Shown: positions 52,337-63,220 of the stretch, one piece after another
How positions within the stretch are numbered: the stretch's first letter is position 1
How the letters are laid out: each line of letters begins with the position of its first letter
Origin: Hypanus sabinus
Lineage: Eukaryota
Assembly: GCF_030144855.1 (NCBI RefSeq)
Contig: NC_082709.1
Location: 149,110,001-149,174,000 of the forward strand
Reading direction: 5' to 3'
DNA length: 64,000 bases
Translations under genes and position numbers: made by a program
Notes under the pieces: generated by a model
The model's database searches: none
What the model saw: only the letters and a program-made list of their open reading frames with translations
Told to the model about the DNA's origin: nothing

Positions 52337-52630
52337 CTCGGTTGAAAGTGAAACTTTTCCTCACACTCCCTGTAACGTGGTGAACCAGGCAGGTGGCGAC
52401 AGGAACTGACTCCCGCCGAGCGTCGGTCACCCGCAGCCGGGAGCTCAGGTTGTAGGTATGGTCCTCGTTTACCCTCAGCAGATCCGCCTCTGTTTCATAC
52501 GAGACATTTCCCGTTACGATCCAAGAAATACTCAGATCTTTCGGGAAAAATCCCGCAGCCACACAAATCAGGGTCTGAACCTCAGCGGCTTCGTTCTTGG
52601 GATCCAGTGAGAGGGAGACGTCAGGCTTCG
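52337..52630 (-). CDS. Copy B C1-d exon
   Basis: Open 294-nt exon with intact splice sites. Confidence 0.9.
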
Positions 52631-53222
52631 CTGCAGATAACGGGAGAATTAACACATGGTGAATGTTACTGTAACCCAGATGGATACAGACAGCATAAGT
52701 GGACACAACTGAAGACAATTGATTATTTGGTGTCTCAAAATGCACGCCAGCAGGAAGAGACAAAATACAGCCGGGAAGCGGAATGACTTCGACATGACGC
52801 AGCGCGTGATAAACTAATATTGAAAATAGTAACAATTGGAAATATCCATCAGGTCAGGTCGCAACTTTGGGAAGAGAAACAGTGGTAAAGTTCTGACGAA
52901 GGGTTTTCAATGCCAAGTGTTTGTTGCTCATCAGCGGATGGGCCCGATTGTTTCCTTCATTTCCTGGTTTTATTTTTCCGCTTCTTTCATTTGACCACAA
53001 GTTGGTCAGTTAGCTCCAATTCCACTGATAGTGTCCGAACGTTTCACGGTTCAGAAGCAAAGGATTCCTCCAGCAGGTCAGGGCGCGTTTGGAGAAAGGG
53101 ATCTAAAGACCCGTTATCCAGCTCGGCCATTGGTCTGAGGCATTGACCCCAGTTCCCTCGCTTCACACTTTGCCCGGCCTGCTGAGTATTTCCAGCGTTT
53201 ACTGCTTTCATTTCACACGTAC

Positions 53223-53555
53223 CTCGGATGGTCACTTCTGTTCCGCTTCCAAAATACGTTTTCCAGTGGTTCGAATCCATTCTCAGCGCTGAGCATTGGT
53301 AAGTGTCAGAGTCATCCACAGTCACGTCGCGAATGACCAGTCGGCCTTCAGACCTAGACAGAGAGATCCGAGCGCCATTTTTTAGGAAATTACTGGATCC
53401 GCTTTCAGGTTTGTCTAGTGTCCGCGTCCAAAAATACCTCGCCGAATCCACCCGCTCGTCCGCGGATAACAGGGAACAGTAGATCCGAGCTGTCTGTCCT
53501 CGGAGAAGGGTCAGAGCCGAAGGTGTCTGGTTCACTTTCGGAGCAACAGCGGGAG
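53223..53555 (-). CDS. Copy B V4: VJ exon
   Basis: Open 333-nt exon with intact splice sites. Confidence 0.9.
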
Positions 53556-54428
53556 CTAGAACAGAAAATCACCGCAATTAGCAACAAGATCCAAAATTAT
53601 GAGAGGACAACGAGAATAAATGCCAAACGGAGAGAGCGCGTGAATTACCCGGGAGAAACAGCCAGACCGAGTACAATAACTTCCAGGTTGTGTGAAGGAA
53701 GCGCCGAGACACGGATTTATTCTGTGTAAACTATTAAACGTGTTCGCTATTGATTCTATTCTCAGGTTTATTTCAAATGCAAGTTGATGTTGTTCCCTCA
53801 ATAGAGCTACTGAACTTCGCTCCGTTGAAAACAAAATTAGAAAGGGCGTGATAATCGGTGCACAATAGTATCTGTATGAAGGAAACCGGTTACCTTTACG
53901 GACTTGTGGGCATTTTAGTTAGGAGTCTCAAAGTTATATTTAAAAAGTCTTGAAGTCGAAGCTTTAACTCCAAAGCCCCCCTAACAACGTGTCTATTCCG
54001 TGTTCGCGAACCGTGGGCTTTGTTCCTTTTGTAAACCACCAACCTTGGCTAAAATTGAGAGGTTTATGTAGAAAGTTAGCGAGGGTGGGTGCTTCTAATC
54101 CAGAATCCGAGGGTACTCACAGGTGTTTGTTTCTGTCTAGTTAGTACTTATTACCAATTCCATTCATAAATCTTCACAAGTAGCATAATTATTTGAAATA
54201 TGCACGATAACATACTGCGCAAGTTTTCTATTAATTCAATAAATTGAAATAAATGATCTGGCAATAAGAGACTGTAGATATTGAGGACGTTACACGATTT
54301 TTTTACTCTTCAGATTAACGAATTGCTTTCGACCTATTATTTGTATTAATTTACAAATTTTATCTCCAATTTTCACCAGTAATTGGGATGAGCAGGTTGT
54401 GGGATTTATTCCTGTGTGAAACACCTAC

Positions 54429-54722
54429 CTCGGTTGAAAGTGAAACTTTTCGTCACACTTCCTGTAACGTGGTGAACCAGGCAGGTGATGTCGGGTACTG
54501 ACCCCTGCCGAGAGTCGGTCACCCGCAGCCGGGAGCTCAGGTTGTAGGTATGGTCCTCGTTTACCCTCAGCGGATCCGCCTCTGTTTCATACGAGACATT
54601 TCCCGTTACGGTCCAAGAAATACTCAGATCTTTCGGGAAAAATCCCGCAGCCACACAAATCAGGGTCTGAACCTCAGCGGCTTCGTTCTTGGGATCCAGT
54701 GAGAGGGAGACGTCAGGCTTCG
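54429..54722 (-). CDS. Copy B C1-c exon
   Basis: Open 294-nt exon with a variant C-terminal half (DSRQGSVPDITC). Confidence 0.9.
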
Positions 54723-55320
54723 CTGCAGATAACGGGAGAATTAACACATGGTGAATGTTACTGTAACCCACATGGACACAGACAGCAACAGTGGACACAA
54801 CTGAAGACAATTGATTATTTGGTGTCTCAAAATGCACGCCAGCAGGAAGAGACAAAATACAGCCGGGAAGCGGAATAACTTCGACATGACGCAGCGCGTG
54901 ATAAACTAATATTGAAAATAGTAACAATTGGAAATATCCATCAGATCAGGTCGCAACTTTGGGAAGAGAAACAGTGGTAAAGTTCTGACGAAGGGTTTTC
55001 AATACCTAGTGTTTGTTGCTCATCAGCGGATGGGCCCCGATTGTTTCCTTCATTTCCTGGTTTTATTTTTCCGCTTCTTTCATTTGACCACAAGTTGTCA
55101 GTTAGCTCCAATTCCACTGATAGTGTCCGAACAAGGACGTTTCACGGTTCAGAAGCAAAGGATTCCTTCAGCAGGTCAGGGCGCGTTTGGAGAAAGGGAT
55201 CTAAAGACCCGTTATCCAGCTCGGCCATTGGTCTGAGGCATTGGCCCCAGTTCCCTCGCTTCACACTTTGCCCGGCCTGCTGAGTATTTCCAGCGTTTAC
55301 TGCTTTCATTTCATACGTAC

Positions 55321-55653
55321 CTCGGATGGTCACTTCTGTTCCGCTTCCAAAATATGTTTTCCAGTGGTTCGAATCCATTCTCAGCGCTGAGCATTGGTAA
55401 GTGTCAGAGTCATCCACAGTCACCTCTCGAATGACCAGCCGGCCTTCAGACCTAGACAGAGAGATCCGAGCGCCATTTTTTAGGAAATTACTGGATCCGC
55501 TTTCAGGTTTGTCTAGTGTCCGCGTCCAAAAATACCTCGCCGAATCCACCTGCTCGTCCCCGGATAACAGGGAACAGTAGATCCGAGCTGTCTGTCCTCG
55601 GAGAAGGGTCAGAGCCGAAGGTGTCTGGTTCACTTTCGGAGCAACAACGGGCG
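55321..55653 (-). CDS. Copy B V3: VJ exon
   Basis: Open 333-nt exon; translation identical to V2. Confidence 0.9.
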
Positions 55654-56525
55654 CTAGAACAGAAAATCACCGCAATTAGCAACAAGATCCAAAATTATGA
55701 GAGGACAACGAGAATAAATGCCAGACGGAGATAGCGCGTGAATTACCCGGGAGAAACAGCCAGACCGAGTACAGTAACTTCCAGGTTGTGTGAAGGAAGC
55801 GCCGAGACACGGATTTATTCTGTGTAACCTATTAAACGTGTTCGCTATTGATTCTATTCTCAGGTTTATTTCAAATGCAAGTTGATGTTGTTCCCTCAAT
55901 AGAGCTACTGAACTTCGCTCCGTTGAAACCAAAATTAGAAAGGGCGTGATATATCGGTGCACAATAGTATCTGTATGAAGGAAACCGGTTACCTTTACGG
56001 ACTTGTGGGCATTTTAGTTAGGAGTCTCAACGTTATATTTAAAAAGTCTTGAAGTCGAAGCTTTAACTCCAAAGCCCCCCTAACAACGTGTCTATTCCGT
56101 GTTCGCGAACCGTGGGGTTTGTTCCTTTTGTAAACCACCAACCTCGGCTAAAATTGAGAGGTTTATGTAGAAAGTTAGCGAGGGTGGGTGCTTCTAATCC
56201 AGAATCCGAGGGTACTCACAGGTGTTTGTTTCTGTCTAGTTAGTACTTATTACCAATTCCATTCATAAATCTTCACAAGTAGCATAATTATTTGAAATAT
56301 GCACGATAACATACTGCGCGTTTTCTATCAATTCAATAAATTGAAATAAATGATTTTGCTATAAGAGACTGTAGACACTGAGAGCGTTACACGATTCTTT
56401 TACTCTTCAGATTAACGAATTGCTTTCGATCTATTATTTGTATTAATTTACAAATTTTATCTCCAATTTTCACCAGTAATTGGGAGAAGCAGGTTGTGGG
56501 ATTTATTCCTGTGTGAAACACCTAC

Positions 56526-56819
56526 CTCGGTTGAAAGTGAAACTTTTCCTCACACTCCCTGTAACGTGGTGAACCAGGCAGGTGGCGACAGGAACTGACT
56601 CCCGCCGAGCGTCGGTCACCCGCAGCCGGGAGCTCAGGTTGTAGGTATGGTCCTCGTTTACCCTCAGCAGATCCGCCTCTGTTTCATACGAGACATTTCC
56701 CGTTACGATCCAAGAAATATTCAGATCTTTCGGGAAAAATCCCGCAGCCACACAAATCAGGCTCTGAACCCCAGCGGCTTCGTTTTTGGGATCCAGAGAA
56801 AGGGAGACGTCAGGCTTCG
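56526..56819 (-). CDS. Copy B C1-b exon
   Basis: Open 294-nt exon with intact splice sites; protein identical to C1-a. Confidence 0.9.
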
Positions 56820-57417
56820 CTGCAGATAACGGGAGAATTAACACATGGTGAATGTTACTGTAACCCACATGGACACAGACAGCAACAGTGGACACAACTG
56901 AAGACAATTGATTATTTGGTGTCTCAAAATGCACGCCAGCAGGAAGAGACAAAATACAGCCGGGAAGCGGAATAACTTCGACATGACGCAGCGCGTGATA
57001 AACTAATATTGAAAATAGTAACAATTGGAAATATCCATCAGATCAGGTCGCAACTTTGGGAAGAGAAACAGTGGTAAAGTTCTGACGAAGGGTTTTCAAT
57101 ACCTAGTGTTTGTTGCTCATCAGCGGATGGGCCCCGATTGTTTCCTTCATTTCCTGGTTTTATTTTTCCGCTTCTTTCATTTGACCACAAGTTGTCAGTT
57201 AGCTCCAATTCCACTGATAGTGTCCGAACAAGGACGTTTCACGGTTCAGAAGCAAAGGATTCCTTCAGCAGGTCAGGGCGCGTTTGGAGAAAGGGATCTA
57301 AAGACCCGTTATCCAGCTCGGCCATTGGTCTGAGGCATTGGCCCCAGTTCCCTCGCTTCACACTTTGCCCGGCCTGCTGAGTATTTCCAGCGTTTACTGC
57401 TTTCATTTCATACGTAC

Positions 57418-57750
57418 CTCGGATGGTCACTTCTGTTCCGCTTCCAAAATATGTTTTCCAGTGGTTCGAATCCATTCTCAGCGCTGAGCATTGGTAAGTG
57501 TCAGAGTCATCCACAGTCACCTCTCGAATGACCAGCCGGCCTTCAGACCTAGACAGAGAGATCCGAGCGCCATTTTTTAGGAAATTACTGGATCCGCTTT
57601 CAGGTTTGTCTAGTGTCCGCGTCCAAAAATACCTCGCCGAATCCACCTGCTCGTCCCCGGATAACAGGGAACAGTAGATCCGAGCTGTCTGTCCTCGGAG
57701 AAGGGTCAGAGCCGAAGGTGTCTGGTTCACTTTCGGAGCAACAACGGGCG
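57418..57750 (-). CDS. Copy B V2: VJ exon
   Basis: Open 333-nt exon with intact AG/GT sites, 2097 bp from V1. Confidence 0.9.
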
Positions 57751-58622
57751 CTAGAACAGAAAATCACCGCAATTAGCAACAAGATCCAAAATTATGAGAG
57801 GACAACGAGAATAAATGCCAAACGGAGATAGCGCGTGAATTACCCGGGAGAAACAGCCAGACCGAGTACAGTAACTTCCAGGTTGTGTGAAGGAAGCGCC
57901 GAGACACGGATTTATTCTGTGTAACCTATTAAACGTGTTCGCTATTGATTCTATTCTCAGGTTTATTTCAAATGCAAGTTGATGTTGTTCCCTCAATAGA
58001 GCTACTGAACTTCGCTCCGTTGAAACCAAAATTAGAAAGGGCGTGATATATCGGTGCACAATAGTATCTGTATGAAGGAAACCGGTTACCTTTACGGACT
58101 TGTGGGCATTTTAGTTAGGAGTCTCAACGTTATATTTAAAAAGTCTTGAAGTCGAAGCTTTAACTCCAAAGCCCCCCTAACAACGTGTCTATTCCGTGTT
58201 CGCGAACCGTGGGGTTTGTTCCTTTTGTAAACCACCAACCTCGGCTAAAATTGAGAGGTTTATGTAGAAAGTTAGCGAGGGTGGGTGCTTCTAATCCAGA
58301 ATCCGAGGGTACTCACAGGTGTTTGTTTCTGTCTAGTTAGTACTTATTACCAATTCCATTCATAAATCTTCACAAGTAGCATAATTATTTGAAATATGCA
58401 CGATAACATACTGCGCGTTTTCTATCAATTCAATAAATTGAAATAAATGATTTTGCTATAAGAGACTGTAGACACTGAGAGCGTTACACGATTCTTTTAC
58501 TCTTCAGATTAACGAATTGCTTTCGATCTATTATTTGTATTAATTTACAAATTTTATCTCCAATTTTCACCAGTAATTGGGAGAAGCAGGTTGTGGGATT
58601 TATTCCTGTGTGAAACACCTAC

Positions 58623-58916
58623 CTCGGTTGAAAGTGAAACTTTTCCTCACACTCCCTGTAACGTGGTGAACCAGGCAGGTGGCGACAGGAACTGACTCCC
58701 GCCGAGCGTCGGTCACCCGCAGCCGGGAGCTCAGGTTGTAGGTATGGTCCTCGTTTACCCTCAGCAGATCCGCCTCTGTTTCATACGAGACATTTCCCGT
58801 TACGATCCAAGAAATATTCAGATCTTTCGGGAAAAATCCCGCAGCCACACAAATCAGGCTCTGAACCCCAGCGGCTTCGTTTTTGGGATCCAGAGAAAGG
58901 GAGACGTCAGGCTTCG
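58623..58916 (-). CDS. Copy B C1-a: Ig C1-set exon
   Basis: 294 nt, ttatctgcag acceptor and GTAGGT donor, phase 1-1. Contains LICVAAGFFPKDLNISW, NEDHTYNLSSRL and TCLVHH. Confidence 0.92.
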
Positions 58917-59514
58917 CTGCAGATAACGGGAGAATTAACACATGGTGAATGTTACTGTAACCCACATGGATACAGACAGCAAAAGTGGACACAACTGAAG
59001 ACAATTGATTATTTGGTGTCTCAAAATGCACGCCAGCAGGAAGAGACAAAATACAGCCGGGAAGCGGAATGACTTCGACATGACGCAGCGCGTGATAAAC
59101 TAATATTGAAAATAGTAACAATTGGAAATATCCATCAGGTCAGGTCGCAACTTTGGGAAGAGAAACAGTGGTAAAGTTCTGACGAAGGGTTTTCAATGCC
59201 AAGTGTTTGTTGCTCATCAGCGGATGGGCCCGATTGTTTCCTTCATTTTCTGGTTTTATTTTTCCGCTTCTTTCATTTGACCACAAGTTGGTCAGTTAGC
59301 TCCAATTCCACTGATAGTGTCCGAACAAGGACGTTTCACGGTTCAGAAGCAAAGGATTCCTCCAGCAGGTCAGGGTGCGTTTGGAGAAAGGGACCTAAAG
59401 ACCCGTTATCCAGCTCGGCCATTGGTCTGAGGCATTGACCCCAGTTCCCTCGCTTCACACTTTGCCCGGCCTGCTGAGTATTTCCAGCGTTTACTGCTTT
59501 CATTTCACACGTAC

Positions 59515-59847
59515 CTCGGATGGTCACTTCTGTTCCGCTTCCAAAATATGTTTTCCAGGGGTTCAAATCCATTCTCAGCGCTGAGCAATGGTAAGTGTCA
59601 GAGTCATCCACAGTCACGTCGCGAATGACCAGTCGGCCTTCAGACCTAGACAGAGAGATCCGAGCGCCATTTTTTAGGAAATTACTGGATCCGCTTTCAG
59701 GTTTGTCTAGTGCCCGCGTCCAAAAATACCTCGCCGAATCCACCCGCTCGTCCCCGGATAACAGGGAACAGTAGATCCGAGCTGTCTGTCCTCGGAGAAG
59801 GGTCAGAGCTGAAGGTGTCTGGTTCACTTTCGGAGCAACAGCGGGAG
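59515..59847 (-). CDS. Copy B V1: germline-joined VJ-type Ig V-set exon
   Basis: 333 nt, ttttctgttctag acceptor and GTACGT donor, phase 1-1. Contains IYC, YFW, DSDTYHC and the J motif FGSGTEVTIR in one exon. Confidence 0.92.
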
Positions 59848-59940
59848 CTAGAACAGAAAATCACCGCAATTAGCAACAAGATCCAAAATTATGAGAGGAC
59901 AACGAGAATAAATGCCAAACGGAGAGAGCGCGCGAATTAC

Positions 59941-59989
59941 CCGGGAGAAACAGCCAGACCGAGTACAATAAGCTTCCGAGTAGTGACAT
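59941..59989 (-). CDS. IgSF receptor copy B, leader (signal peptide) exon, MSLLGSLLYSVWLFLP
   Basis: ATG at 59989-59987, 49-nt hydrophobic exon, phase-1 donor GTAATT, 93-nt intron to the V exon; typical Ig leader layout. Confidence 0.85.
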
Positions 59990-60071
59990 GTTGGGTAAGG
60001 GAGGCGTCGACTCGGGACAGGAGTCACCCAGCACTGAGAAATAGATGCGAGTTTGGGGCAGGTTTAGTTTA

Positions 60072-60106
60072 ATACGTCACGTGGGCGGCAGACTGGCTGG
60101 AAGTTT
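60072..60106 (-). promoter_or_regulatory. Copy B candidate proximal promoter cluster
   Basis: Same motif cluster as 8441-8475. Confidence 0.45.
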
Positions 60107-61747
60107 AACGGAACGCAAGCCCGTCTCTTTTTTTGCAAAACGATACAGGTTTATTTTCATCACATATCCACAAGAACAGATTCAGTATTTACGAGACAGC
60201 ACATATACTAAGATTAAAATACGGTTACTACAGTCTATTTAACAGTCTATACCCCGGGAGGGGGCACCGCTCCCGAAAGTCCCCCACTGTACACATTGTG
60301 ACAGGTTGTTTCCTCTCCAAGCACAACCAGGCACGAAGGAGCGTCAGTGAGATTATAAAAGACATCAGTAGATAGTTTGTCTCCAGAGATGGAGACAGAG
60401 AGATCAAGAAAAGGAGAGAGGAGTGAAATAGACCAAGTTGGAAGTTGGAGGCAAAGTTAATGAAATTGACAAGCTCAGCGTGGGTGTACGAAGCTGCAAC
60501 AATGCAGACATCATTTGCAGCGTAGGAAGAGTTGGGAGCAGTGCTGGAACATAGACTGTTCCACATTGCCGTCAAAAAGGCAGGCACAGCTGGGATCCAT
60601 GCGAGTGCCCATGAGTTTGAAAGAAGTGGGAGGAGCCAAAGGGCCAGTTCCACCAGACAGCCCAGAGTGGTGTTGGAGGGGAACTGGTTGGGTCTGGTGT
60701 CCAGAAAGAGCTTTAAGGCCCTCCTGATGGGGGATAGAAGTGTATTGCGATTCGACATCCAAGGCAAGGCAAGTCACTTTTTATTGGCATTTCGACCATA
60801 ACTGCCAGTACAGTACGTAGCAAAAATGACACAACATTTTTCAGGACCATGGTGATACATGAAGCAGTACAAAAACTACACTGAACTATGTAAAAGAAAA
60901 CACAGAAAAAAACTACACTGGACTACAGACCTACCAAGGACTGCATAAGGAGCACAAAACAGTGCAGACATTACAATAGATAATAATAAATCCATTGTGA
61001 AAATGAGATGATCAGGACCAGGAAACTGTAAAAGTCATTGAAAAGATTGAGAGTGTGTGAAGTGTCATGGGTGTAGGTAGGAAGAGGCTGAAACAATGGA
61101 GAATAAAACAGTCGAGGTATGTAGACACGAGTTCTATGGGGCAGGAGCAGGCAGAAACAATGGGTCTATCTGGACAGTCAAGTTTGTGGATCTTGGGTGG
61201 AAGGTAGAACTGGGCAGTGCAGGGACAATTGGACAGCGAAATGAGGATGCTCTTCATTGACTACAGTTTGGCATCAATACTACAGTATCATCCCCTCAAA
61301 ATTAATTATTGTGAGGCTAAGTACAGCTCGAATGCCATATTTAAGTTTGCTGACGATAACATTGTTGTTGGCCGAAACAAAAGTGGTGACAAATCAGCAT
61401 ATAGGAGGGAGATTGGAAATCTGGCTGAATGGTGCCACAACAACAACCTCTCACTTAATGTCAGCAAGACCAAAGACCTTATTATTGATTATAGGAGGAG
61501 GATACTGGATGTATATAAGCCAGTCCTCGTCAGGGGATCAGAAGTGAAGAGGATCATCTACTTTAAATTCCTCAGTATTATTACTTATTTATTCATTATT
61601 ATTTTGTTTTATTTGATCGATTTGTCATTCTTTGCACTCTGATTGTCCATTTCTGCTGTGTGCCGTTTTTCATTGATTCTATTTCTTTGTATTTACTGTG
61701 AATGCCTGCAAAAAATTGAATCTCAGAGTACTATATGGTGACACATA

Positions 61748-63220
61748 CAGTGGTATATAAAAGTTTGGGCACCCTTGGTCAAAATTTCTGTTACTGTGAA
61801 TAGTTAAGTGAGTAGAAGATGAACTGATCTCCAAAAGTGATAAAGTTAAAGAGGAAACATTCTTTTCAACATTTTAAGCAAGATTAGTGTATTATTTTTG
61901 TTTTGTACTATTTTAGAGTGAAAAAAAAGGAGCACTTTGCAAAAGTTTGGGCACCCCAAGAGATCTGAGCTCTTTGATAACTTTTACCAAGGTGTCAGAC
62001 CTTAATTAGCTTGTTAGGGCTATGGCTTGTTCACAGTCATCATTAGGAAAGGCCAGGTGATGCAGATTTCAAAGCTTTATAAATACCCTGACTCCTCAAA
62101 CATTGTCCCAACAATCAGCAGCCAAGGGCTCCTCTAAGCAGCTGCCTAGCACTCTGAAAATTAAAATAAATGGTGCCCACAAAGCAGGAGAAGGCTATAA
62201 GAAGATAGCAAAGCATTTTCAGGTAGCTGTTTCCACAGTTTGTAATGTAATTAAGAAATGGCAGTTAACAGGAACAGTGGAGGTCAAGTTGAGTTCTGGA
62301 AGACCAAGAAAACTTTTTGAGAGAACTGCTCATAGGATTGCTAGAAAGGCAAATTAAAACCCCTGTTTGATTGCAGAAGACCTTCAGGAAGATTTAGCAG
62401 ACTCTGGAGTGGTGGTGCACTGTTCTACTGTGCAGCGACACCTGCACAAATATGACTGTCATGGAAGAGTCGTCAGAAGAAAAACTTCCCTGCAACCTCA
62501 CCACAAAATTCAGCATCAGAAGTTTACAAAGGAACATCTAAACAAGCCTGATGCATTTTGGAAACAAGTCCTGTGGACTGGTGAAGTTAAAATATAACTT
62601 TTTGGCTGTAACGAGCAAAGGTATGTTTGGAGAAAAAAGGGTGCAGAATTTCATGAAAAGAACACCTCTCCAACTGTTAAGCACAGGGGTGAATCGATCA
62701 CACGTTGGGCTTGTTTTGCAGCCAGTGGCACAGGGAACATTTCGCTGGTAGAGGGAAAAATGAATTCAATTAAATACCAGCAAATTCTGGAAGCAAACAT
62801 CATACTGTCTGTTAAAAAGCTGAAGATGAAAAGAGGATGACTTCTACAACAGGATAATGATCCTCAACACACCTCAAAATCCACAATGGACTACCTCAAG
62901 AGGCACAAGCTGAAGGTTTTGCCATGGCCCTCACAGTCCCCCGACCTAAACATCTGTGGATGGACCTCAAAAGAGCAGTTCATGCAAGATGACCCAAGAA
63001 TCTCACAGAACTAGAGGCCTTTGCAAGGAAGAATGGGTGAAACTCCCTCAAACAAGAATTGGAAGACTCTTAGCTGGCTTCAGAAAGCGTTTACAAGCTG
63101 TGATACTTGCAAAGGGGGTATTACTAAGTGCTCATCGTGCATAATGCCCAAACTTCTGCTTCAGGCCTTTTTTCATTTTTGTTATTTTGAAACTGTAAAA
63201 GATGGAAATAAAAAAGTAAT
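61748..63220 (+). mobile_element. Tc1/mariner transposon, duplicated copy
   Basis: Copy of 10118-11590 within the segmental duplication. Confidence 0.92.

Larger units (their letters stand above)
51690..59990. repeat. Tandem array of ~2.1-kb V-C1 units (about 4 copies)
   Basis: Spacings 2092, 2097, 2097 between C ORFs and 2098, 2097, 2097 between V ORFs. Confidence 0.97.

Noticed and set aside
52910-59438. Recurrent plus-strand ORFs antisense to the V and C exons
   Set aside because: Shadows of the GC-rich coding strand, repeated only because the DNA is repeated.
50925-59989. Rearranging Ig light-chain or TCR cluster locus
   Set aside because: V and J are in one exon, no heptamer/nonamer RSS was seen next to any exon, internal units lack leaders, and the TM has no charged TCR-type residues.
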